From Modestobacter sp. (GTDB taxonomy: Bacteria; Actinomycetota; Actinomycetes; Mycobacteriales; Geodermatophilaceae): DNA of 43,850 nt. Position 1 is the stretch's first letter; each line of letters opens with the position of its first letter. The position numbers and the translations under genes are program-made. Where the stretch lies: the NCBI GenBank assembly GCA_025963425.1, contig JAOPUQ010000009.1, forward strand, positions 1 to 43,850, written 5' to 3'. A model generated the notes under the pieces. The model saw only the letters and a program-made list of their open reading frames with translations, was not told where the DNA came from and ran no database searches. This document shows positions 1-7,786 of the stretch, one piece after another.

Positions 1-315
1 CATGACGATGTTCCTGCGTGATGGCGGCGGCCCCGTTGCGCTGTGCTGTGTTCCGGCGGTCGGCGCTCACACGTGTCTGCAGGAGGCGTGTCCGCGGTGC
101 GACGATGCTCGGTCATGAGGGGCCCGGTCGCGGAGTTCCACCCCGACCGGTAGCGGTGACCGACACCCGGACGGGGGGCGTGGTGATCCGGACGCCCGGC
201 CAGCACCATCTGGTGCACCGCCCGGCGGACGACAGATCAACAGCAAGGACACCCAGACCTCGGGGTCAGTCGTAAGCAAGAGTCAGACCGCCGGACGGCA
301 AGCCGGAGTCTCACA

Positions 316-403
316 GTCGTAGGAGTCGCCGCGGGAGCCGACCGAGGTCACCGCCCCGATCTCGGCCAGCCGTTCGGGTGTAGCGGATGGCCAGGTACTG
401 CCC
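316..403 (-). mobile_element. IS3-family transposase (integrase core) fragment, frameshifted
   Basis: Minus strand reads GQYLAIRYT, then after one extra C, ERLAEIGAVTSVGSRGDSYD. This matches the IS3 motif SQY.SIRYTERLAE.G...SVGS.GDSYDNA as I recall it. About 29 codons only. Confidence 0.8.
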
Positions 404-451
404 GGGTTCGAGGGGTCGCCGCAACACCGGCTTGGTGCAGCGAGCGTAGGT
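402..451 (-). mobile_element. Right end of an IS30-family element (transposase C-terminal tail plus terminal IR)
   Basis: Minus strand GGTGTTGCGGCGACCCCTCGAACCC encodes LRSLHQAGVAATP, resembling actinobacterial IS30 transposase ends (..GVATTP*) and their IR. It abuts the IS3 GQY motif. Recognised from memory. Confidence 0.6.
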
Positions 452-991
452 CTCGAGCAGGCCGGGTCGGTAGCCCGCCTGGCGTTCGATCAGCCGCAGC
501 GCGGCCACCCACGCCCGGCCGATTCCGCTCCATGGCGGGGGTGAACACGATCGGCTCGGACAGCGACCGGTCCAGCATCGCCTCGAGCTCAGCTCCAGGG
601 TTCGGCGAGGGAACACGAGGCAGGACTGCGCACAGGCTCCGGGCCAGTCGATGTCGGCCGGGAGCCCGGGCAGGAACACCGCCGCGCGACGCGGGGTGCT
701 CTGGACGCGCTCCAGTCGCCCCGACCGGGAGTCGGTCCCGCCCGGGAGCGGCAGGTTCACGTGGTAGTCCGCGGCCTCGACCGTGTCGATGTGCATGCCG
801 CTGCCCAACCGGACGTAGCTGACCGTCGGACCGCCGACCTGTGTCGCGTTCAGCTTCAGGTCCAGGGCCGGGAGCGGAACGGCTCGAGCAATCGCATGCG
901 CAGCGGCAGGAACGTCGACTGCATTGCGCCCTGCGCCTGGTCGAAGTCCGATGTCCGCGCCACCGTGAAGCGAGCGAACGGCCGCTGCCAT
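452..991 (-). pseudogene. AraC-family regulator pseudogene (ligand-binding domain only, HTH missing)
   Basis: AraC-like segments are split across frames: FTVARTSDFDQAQGAMQSTFLPLRMRL / ALDLKLNATQVGGPTVSYVRLG..YHVNLPL..AAVF..CLVFPRRTLE / ELEAMLDRSLSEPIVFTPAM / GRAWVAALRLIERQ. The gene is then cut at the IS scar. Confidence 0.7.
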
Positions 992-1027
992 GCTCGGCCT
1001 CCCGTCTCCGGCCCCGAGCAGTCACCC

Positions 1028-2053
1028 TCAGCGGCGTCCGGGCGTCGTCCCCGGTGACCGCGGGACGTACAGACCTTCTCGCTCGGCGCGCACGGCGGCC
1101 AGCGTCCTGGTCCTGGCCGACAGCTTGGCCAGGATGTGCTCCAGGTGAGCGGCGACAGTCCGCTGCGCCACCACCAGGCTCCGCGCTATCTCCTCGTTGG
1201 AACACCCGTCGACCAGGAACCCCAGGATCTCCAGCTCGCGCGCGGTGAGCCCGCGAAGGTCCCCGGGCGGTGAGGCCAGCACCATCCCGGTCAGCGGTGC
1301 CGGCAGGTCCTCCGCCACGGCCAGCGCAGTGATGCGCACATGCCCCGCTGGGACGTGGGCGCCGCCGAGCGGCCACAGGAACGCCGTGTAGAGGCACCCC
1401 CCGCTGATGGCCGCCCGTGCGGCGACGAGCACGGGTGAATCCGCCTCCAGCAGCGGGTGGCGCTCCAGACCTGGCAGCACGTCCGTCGGGCCGTCGTCGC
1501 GGAGAATCACGCCCGCGGTCACCCCGCGCACCAGGCGGGCCGTCGTCAGCAGCGAGCGCATCGGGTCGATGGCGGCGGCGAGCGTCGACCTGAGCCGCCC
1601 GAGCAGGTGTCGCGATTCCGGTGACGGCGCCTCCCTGCTGCTGAGGAGGAGCCCGAGGTGTCCGACGTGGCATCCCCCGGGGCCGAACAGACCGACCCCC
1701 AGGCCCTCGTGATAACCGGCCGGCACCAGGTGTTCGGCCCAGGTCGCCAGCTCCTCGGCCGGGTACGGCAGGTCGGACGGGCTCACGGGAGGGCACTGCC
1801 GGTTCAGACCTGCCAACTCGATGTCCTGCGCCATCACGGGACCGCCGAAGTGCTCCAGGATCGCGTTGTCGAGGTCAGCACTCGCGAGGGGTGTGAAGCG
1901 GTTGTGGGGGATGTCTGCGAGGGCCAGCCAGGCGCTGTCGAAGCGGACGACGCGACGGAGTGCATGCAGGAGCGCCTCGGCGCGACACGGGAGTGGCTCT
2001 CCGGAGGCGGCGATCTCGGCCAGCTCCAGTGCGGCGGTCGGGTCGTTCCGCAT
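1028..2053 (-). CDS. LuxR-family transcriptional regulator with N-terminal GAF-like sensor
   Basis: C-terminal LuxR HTH: LTARELEILGFLVDGCSNEEIARSLVVAQRTVAAHLEHILAKL. Start chosen at ATG 2053 (MRNDPT). Confidence 0.88.
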   Translation of the reverse strand: MRNDPTAALELAEIAASGEPLPCRAEALLHALRRVVRFDSAWLALADIPHNRFTPLASADLDNAILEHFGGPVMAQDIELAGLNRQCPPVSPSDLPYPAEELATWAEHLVPAGYHEGLGVGLFGPGGCHVGHLGLLLSSREAPSPESRHLLGRLRSTLAAAIDPMRSLLTTARLVRGVTAGVILRDDGPTDVLPGLERHPLLEADSPVLVAARAAISGGCLYTAFLWPLGGAHVPAGHVRITALAVAEDLPAPLTGMVLASPPGDLRGLTARELEILGFLVDGCSNEEIARSLVVAQRTVAAHLEHILAKLSARTRTLAAVRAEREGLYVPRSPGTTPGRR

Positions 2054-2373
2054 GGTCGGCTCCAACCGTCGCGCGTCAGCGAGGTTCGCGGAGGATGCAG
2101 ACCAGGCGAGGGCGCATCGCCGTGGCTGTTCCTCCACCGCGGCGATCTGCCGCGATCCGCTTGACACAGAGACACATGGATGGCCCAAGGCTGAGGCTGC
2201 ACACCATGGTGCCCCACGGCCTTTCGTAGGGTCCGAGCACACGGCGACGCACGCGGCGGCGAGCGCGCGAGCTGGTCGTTCCAGGGTGGCTCGCCGCCGC
2301 CGCTGCCGGGCACGCGTCGGGCTACGTGTCACGTCCCCCGGGTGGGACGCCTGGACCCGAGGGACCGGCTGGG

Positions 2374-2625
2374 CTAAGGGCTCTCACGCCTCGGGGCCTT
2401 GAAGTAGAAGCAACCGGGTCGATCGCCGACCTCCGGCGTGAACAAGACCAACAACCATCCATCCGCGCCCAGGCGATCCATGCCGGACAACGCATCAGCA
2501 CATTCGAACTGCTTGCCGTCCGACGTGGCCGCCACCCAGGTGGCGGCGGTGGAGCCGGGCCAGCCTGGCTGGACGAATTTGAGCGACGCGTACCGCCATG
2601 CCGGTTCGGCGGCCTCGGGGTCCAT
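2374..2625 (-). CDS. Small hypothetical protein, DUF4177-like
   Basis: AAGGAGG RBS before ATG 2625. Pattern WRY...MDRLGADGWLLV...FYFK resembles DUF4177 (LG..GWELV...YFKR). Confidence 0.6.
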   Translation of the reverse strand: MDPEAAEPAWRYASLKFVQPGWPGSTAATWVAATSDGKQFECADALSGMDRLGADGWLLVLFTPEVGDRPGCFYFKAPRRESP

Positions 2626-2651
2626 GTGCGCCTCCTTCATGCAGCAGTTGT

Positions 2652-2825
2652 TCACGGTGGCCGATGGGCACCGGCCCAACGGCTCAACAAGAAGAAGCCG
2701 CCGGCGGCGGCGGCATACCCCTTGAGGAAAGGAGAGGCAACCCAGCGGAATCCGATAACGGCCGAGGCGAAAGCGAATACGACGGAAACGGCGAGGGAAA
2801 GCCGTTCCAGCTTGGCCCAGCTCAT
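2652..2825 (-). CDS. Small membrane protein (57 aa)
   Basis: GGAGG RBS before ATG. Two hydrophobic stretches (LSLAVSVVFAFASAVIGF; YAAAAGGFFLL). Confidence 0.45.
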   Translation of the reverse strand: MSWAKLERLSLAVSVVFAFASAVIGFRWVASPFLKGYAAAAGGFFLLSRWAGAHRPP

Positions 2826-3195
2826 GGCACTCCTCCAGTCACGTCTCATCCACGGAGGTACGGCTAGAACGATCGGAGGGGAGGAGGACTCATCAATGCA
2901 TCCCTCCCATGGCCTGCGTTCTCGATGGGCGGACCGTTTCTCCCTCTGGAACGGAGTCCGATGACCGGGGGAACCGCGCGGGAGCCCGTGACAGAGAGCA
3001 TCCGGTCGCCAGGGCCGGGCGGAGTCCGTTGTCGTGGTCGGTTCCTCGACCCCGGACAGGACGTACCGCCCCTCGGCGGTGAGTCCGTGGACCACAGCGG
3101 CACCGCCGGCGGGCAGGCGCTGTCGAGGTCGACCAACTCGAACAGTCGACGGTTGACCACCGGCTCCATGATCAAGCTCCTATGCCTGCGCCGAG

Positions 3196-3225
3196 GTCCA
3201 GCTCGTCACCGGTGACGAGCTGGAC
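3196..3225. repeat. Perfect 30-bp palindrome
   Basis: GTCCAGCTCGTCACCGGTGACGAGCTGGAC is its own reverse complement, with no spacer. Confidence 0.95.
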
Positions 3226-3268
3226 AGGGATCCGATCGGACCGAGTCCCGCGATGAGGCCCGACTCGT

Positions 3269-3311
3269 CGTCCATCGCTACGACGTCAATCGGACGTCCA
3301 TCGCTCCGACG
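3269..3311 (+). repeat. 17-bp direct repeat (one mismatch), possible operator
   Basis: CGTCCATCGCTACGACG (3269-3285) and CGTCCATCGCTCCGACG (3295-3311), upstream of the P450 operon. Confidence 0.7.
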
Positions 3312-3559
3312 GGCGCACTCGGGCACCGTTCAGCCCGACCCCGCCGGTAGGCAGACCGGCTGTGGTGCATCGAATCCATGGACGGACTTCGCGCGTGGCG
3401 CAGTACTACCACCGGGGCCCCGAGTGTCTCAAGCCCTGTGCGACTACCGAAGAGAGAACCGACGCGCCACGCCCGGAGTCCGTTGACCGCCTCGCGCAGC
3501 GCTGCGACGATGGCCGTCCCGTAGCACCTGGAAGACAGCCCGCCGACGAGGGGGCGCTG

Positions 3560-4900
3560 GTGATAGGTAGCAGCGTTCGACAATCGCCGGCCGTGAGCGG
3601 CACGGCGGAGGCTGTTCCCGGAGTTCGCCGAGCCAAGGACACGACCCCGCGCCGTCGTTCCCCATCACTCGCCGCTCGGCTCGCGAACAATGCCTTCCTG
3701 CTGCGGCTCCTCGCCCGCCCGTTGCGCCGGTTCGCGCCCGTGCTCTCGATCGGCCGCGTCGTCCTGGTCAGTCGTCATGCCGACGTGCTGGACGTGCTGG
3801 AGCGGGACGGGGACTTCACGATCGCCGAGGTGAACGCCGCGACCATGGACCGGATCGACGGCCCATTCATCCTGGGCATGGACCGCTCGGAGCAGTTCAC
3901 CCGGGAGCGGACGATCCTGCAGAGCTGCGTGCACCCCTCCGACTCCGAGCGGATCCGGACGTTCGTGGCGGCGACCGCCGCCCAGCTCGTCGGGGCGGCC
4001 GCGACCCAGGGGCGGATCGACGTCGTGCAGGACCTCGCCCGCCCGGCAGCGACCCGGTTGGTCGCCTCCTACTTCGGCGTCCCAGGGCCCGACGAGGTGA
4101 CCATGATGCGCTGGATGCGAGTCCTCTTCTGGGAGGCGTTCCTGAACAGCGGCGGGGACCTGGCGGTCCGCCTCTGTGGCGAGCAGGCCGCCGCCGCGTT
4201 GCACGCCTACCTCGACGAGCTGATCGCTGCAGAACGCGCCGGGCTGGACCGCGGAGGCGAGGGACGTGACACCCTGCTGACCCGTCTGATCACGGCGCAG
4301 GCCGATCCGGCGACGCGCCTGAGCGACGAGGGCGTGCGCCGCAACATCGCCGGCGTGGTCGTCGGGGCCGTCGACACGACGAGCAAGGCCACGGCCCATG
4401 CCGTCGACCAGCTGCTGCGCCACGACGGCGCCCTGCAGGCGGCCCAGCGGGCCGCTCGCGACGGCGACGTGCAGGTCGTCGCCGAGTACACCTTCGAGGC
4501 CCTACGCTTCAACCCGCTCAACCCGGCGCTGGTGCGCCACGTCGCCCGCGACGCCGTCATCGCCGAAGGCACCCGGCACCGGCGGCAGGTCCCCGCCGGT
4601 CACACGGTCTATGCAGCGGTGCTGCCCGCAATGTTCGACAGCGCGGCCTTCGACGATCCGAACACCTTCCGGCACGACCGCCGACCGGCCGCGGACCTGA
4701 ACTTCGGGTACGGCATGCACTCCTGTTTCGGCCTGTACGTCAACCGGATCCAGATACCCGAACTGGTCGCGGCACTGCTGCGCTGCGACGGGCTGCGCCG
4801 GGCGCCCGGTCGCCAGGGCCGCATGGTCTACGAGGGCCCGTTCCCCGACCGGCTGCTGGTGGACGTCGCCGGTCCCGTGCCGACGGGGAGGGCGGTCTGA
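3560..4900 (+). CDS. Cytochrome P450
   Basis: Haem motif NFGYGMHSCFG, K-helix EALR, I-helix VGAVDTT. Start is uncertain (GTG 3560 follows GAGGGG; GTG 3593 is an alternative). Confidence 0.93.
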   Translation: MIGSSVRQSPAVSGTAEAVPGVRRAKDTTPRRRSPSLAARLANNAFLLRLLARPLRRFAPVLSIGRVVLVSRHADVLDVLERDGDFTIAEVNAATMDRIDGPFILGMDRSEQFTRERTILQSCVHPSDSERIRTFVAATAAQLVGAAATQGRIDVVQDLARPAATRLVASYFGVPGPDEVTMMRWMRVLFWEAFLNSGGDLAVRLCGEQAAAALHAYLDELIAAERAGLDRGGEGRDTLLTRLITAQADPATRLSDEGVRRNIAGVVVGAVDTTSKATAHAVDQLLRHDGALQAAQRAARDGDVQVVAEYTFEALRFNPLNPALVRHVARDAVIAEGTRHRRQVPAGHTVYAAVLPAMFDSAAFDDPNTFRHDRRPAADLNFGYGMHSCFGLYVNRIQIPELVAALLRCDGLRRAPGRQGRMVYEGPFPDRLLVDVAGPVPTGRAV

Positions 4901-4901
4901 C

Positions 4902-6251
4902 GTGCGCCAGGCCGCGTTCACGATTCTCACGCCCGTCCTGCCCGGGCACTGCACCGCACTCTCCGAGCTGCTGACCAGCATCGGCGACGCGGTCGTGGAC
5001 GACCAACGGCTCGGGCTGTCCGGACTCGACCGTCTGCACTACGCCAGCTTCTCGATCCTTCCGGGGGGCGAGGGGCCGCGTCTGGCGTTCGAGGGCAACA
5101 TCGACGGCTCGCCCTCGGCGTTCCTGGAGAACCTGCTCGACGTCTCGGCGTCCGCCATCGACGACGTCTACAGCCACTGCGCCGGGTATCCGCCCCTGGC
5201 GGACGGAGACCGCGAGCCCACGCTCCGCTACCTGCTCGACCGGGACATCGGCGCGGACACCTTCTTCGTGGCCTGGCCGGGCCACAGCCTGGACATGATC
5301 CGCCGGGAGGATGAGCTCCGACGGTGGATCCAGGACTTCCTCGACGAACCGGAGCAGGCATCACTGCGGCGGAGCGATCCCGAGAACGTCCATCGGGCCG
5401 TGGTCGAGGCCGTGCGGGACGACCCCTCGATCCGCTGGGCGCTCGAGGCCGAGCCACTTCCGTTCCTGGTCCGGCATCCGCGGACGGTGCTCGTCCTGCT
5501 GGCGGCGCCCGCCCTCGCCGGGCTCGTCGCGATCGTGGTGGCGGCAGCCCGGCGAGGCACTGCTCGACGACCGGCCCGCCTGTTCCTCGCAACGGTGGCA
5601 GCGGCAGCCGCCGGCGCGCTCGCGCGCCTACGCGCTGCCGAGTTGGCCGACGACCACCGCGAGCGCTCCCGGACCACCGACTGGGAGACCGTCTACACGG
5701 CGTGGAGCAAGAACCTGAGCCAGTTCCGCCACCGTGAGGACGCCAAGGGGCAGAACCACCTGACCAGCATCGCCGACATCAAGCCAGGGCTCTTCCGTTT
5801 CGTCACGCTGCGCACCGTGCTGGCCGTCATCCGTGCGGTCGCGACTCTCAGCCCCGTTCGCGGCCAGCTGGGCGGCATCACCTCGATCCACTTCGCCCGG
5901 TGGGTCATCACCCCCGACCGTCGACTGATCTTCCTCAGCAACTTCGACGGCAGCTGGGAGAACTACCTGGGTGACTTCGTCGACCTCGCCGCTCGCGGGC
6001 TGACGGCGGTCTGGACCAACACCCACAACGACGTGGGGTTCCCGCACACGACCTGGCTCGTGGAGCAAGGAGCGCGGGACGAGGCCCGCTTCAAGGCGTT
6101 CGCGCGTCGCGGCATGGAGCCGACGCTGCTCTGGTACAGCGCCTATCCCGGGCTCAGCGTGGCCAACATCTCGAACAATCGGGCCATCCGGGAAGGCCTG
6201 CGTCGCCCGCAGGACGCCGGCGGGACCGAGGCCTGGCTGCGGCGACTGTGA
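4902..6251 (+). CDS. Uncharacterised DyP-associated protein: two related domains (LHYASF / IHFARW) around a hydrophobic hairpin
   Basis: 449-aa ORF with typical codon usage. It starts 1 nt after the P450 stop and ends 16 nt before the DyP. Motifs FEGNIDGS and FLSNFDGSWENYLGDF. Confidence 0.85.
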   Translation: MRQAAFTILTPVLPGHCTALSELLTSIGDAVVDDQRLGLSGLDRLHYASFSILPGGEGPRLAFEGNIDGSPSAFLENLLDVSASAIDDVYSHCAGYPPLADGDREPTLRYLLDRDIGADTFFVAWPGHSLDMIRREDELRRWIQDFLDEPEQASLRRSDPENVHRAVVEAVRDDPSIRWALEAEPLPFLVRHPRTVLVLLAAPALAGLVAIVVAAARRGTARRPARLFLATVAAAAAGALARLRAAELADDHRERSRTTDWETVYTAWSKNLSQFRHREDAKGQNHLTSIADIKPGLFRFVTLRTVLAVIRAVATLSPVRGQLGGITSIHFARWVITPDRRLIFLSNFDGSWENYLGDFVDLAARGLTAVWTNTHNDVGFPHTTWLVEQGARDEARFKAFARRGMEPTLLWYSAYPGLSVANISNNRAIREGLRRPQDAGGTEAWLRRL

Positions 6252-6267
6252 CCCGGGAGCGACGGAC

Positions 6268-7683
6268 ATGACCCAACTCGAGCGGGAGGACGTCCAGGGC
6301 CTGGTGTTCAGCGGCTACGCCGCCATGCACGAGGCGCGCTACCTCTTCTACGAGGTCGCCGACCCCGCCGGCGCCCGCCGCTGGCTCGGCGAGCTGGCCG
6401 CCCGGGTCACGACGGGCAGCGCCGGGGAGGGTGCCCATTGCACCAACGTCGCACTGACCCACCGAGGACTTGCGGCCCTGGGCCTGGACCCCGAGCCGCT
6501 GAGCACCTTCGCGCCGCCCTTCCAGGAGGGCATGACGACGCCGTACCGCCAGCGAGTCCTGGGCGACGTCGGACCGAGCGCGCCGGACATGTGGGCGTGG
6601 GGCGGTCCACCCGGGTCCGACAGCTCAGCCCCCGAGGACAGGTTGCACGTACTTCTGCTGCTGTTCGCCCCCGACGGCGGCGCCATGGACAGCCTCCTCG
6701 ATGCCGAGATGTCGCGGGCGACCGGGGAGGGCGCGCTACGGCACCTGCAGACGCTCCAGCCCGAGCCACTGCCCGGGACCATCAGCGCGGGCAAGTTCGG
6801 CGTGGAGCACTTCGGCTTCGCCGACGGCATGTCTCAACCGGTGATCCAGGGCACCGGGCAGGAGGACGAGCTGGCCGGTGAGCAGGCCCGCCGGCACGTC
6901 GTCGCCACGGGTGAATTCGTACTCGGCTATCCCAACGGCTACGGCGAACTGACCCCGTCACCATGGCTGCCCGGTCCGGACAGCGGCAAGGTCGATCTCG
7001 GCCGCAACGGCACCTATCTGGTCGTCCGGCAGCTGAAGCAGGACGTGCACGGGTTCCGCGAACTGGTGCGGCGTCTGGCCGGCACCGTCGGCGACGACGC
7101 TGATGCCGAGGCTCGCTTCGCGGCCAAACTGGTGGGGCGCTGGTACTCCGGCGCCCCGCTCGCGCGAACGCCCCACCGGGACGACGTCGACCTGGCGACC
7201 GACAACGCCTTCGGATACGCCGAGGTGGACCCGTACGGCGAGCGCTGCCCCCTCGGTGCTCACATCCGGCGCGCGAACCCCCGAGACTCGACCGCCCCTG
7301 AACGCGCGCGAGCCCTGGAGCTGACCAACCTCCACAGGATTTTGCGGCGTGGGCGGGTCTACGGGCCGGGGCTTCCCGACGCCGCGACGGAGGACGACCT
7401 CGTCGAACGCGGGCTCATCTTCATCTGCATGAGCGCCAACATCGAGCGGCAGTTCGAGTTCGTCCAGCAGACCTGGTGCAACAACCCGAAGTTCAGCGGC
7501 CTCTACGAAGAGCAGGACCCCGTCCTGGGCACTCCCCCGCCCGAGGGCGGCCTGTTCACCGTGCAGGGCTCGCCGTTCGCCACCCGGGCACGGGGCCTGA
7601 CGAACTTCGTCACCGTGCGCGGGGGTGCCTACTTCTTCCTCCCCGGTGTCCGCGGGTTGCTCTCGCTGGCCGGGAGGAGCTGA
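6268..7683 (+). CDS. DyP-type peroxidase 1
   Basis: EHFGFADGMSQP (GxxDG), YLVVRQLKQDV, AHIRRANPR (proximal His), ILRRGRVYG (distal Arg), GGAYFFLP. No Tat/Sec signal. Confidence 0.95.
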   Translation: MTQLEREDVQGLVFSGYAAMHEARYLFYEVADPAGARRWLGELAARVTTGSAGEGAHCTNVALTHRGLAALGLDPEPLSTFAPPFQEGMTTPYRQRVLGDVGPSAPDMWAWGGPPGSDSSAPEDRLHVLLLLFAPDGGAMDSLLDAEMSRATGEGALRHLQTLQPEPLPGTISAGKFGVEHFGFADGMSQPVIQGTGQEDELAGEQARRHVVATGEFVLGYPNGYGELTPSPWLPGPDSGKVDLGRNGTYLVVRQLKQDVHGFRELVRRLAGTVGDDADAEARFAAKLVGRWYSGAPLARTPHRDDVDLATDNAFGYAEVDPYGERCPLGAHIRRANPRDSTAPERARALELTNLHRILRRGRVYGPGLPDAATEDDLVERGLIFICMSANIERQFEFVQQTWCNNPKFSGLYEEQDPVLGTPPPEGGLFTVQGSPFATRARGLTNFVTVRGGAYFFLPGVRGLLSLAGRS

Positions 7684-7786
7684 TCGGCACGTCGCAGGCG
7701 CCTGGTCGAGCCGGGCACCGCTCCCCCGTACTCGTCCGGCCACACGACGCGACCGACCGTCGCCGGCCACGCCGGTGGTGATACCG

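Noticed and set aside
2864-3175. Possible frameshifted small gene (MEPVVNRRLFELVDLD.. / VHGLTAEGRYVL)
   Set aside because: No recognisable family or clear RBS; cannot be supported.
3253-3560. RiPP precursor for the P450
   Set aside because: No short ORF with an RBS and an aromatic core motif (e.g. YxH) was seen upstream.
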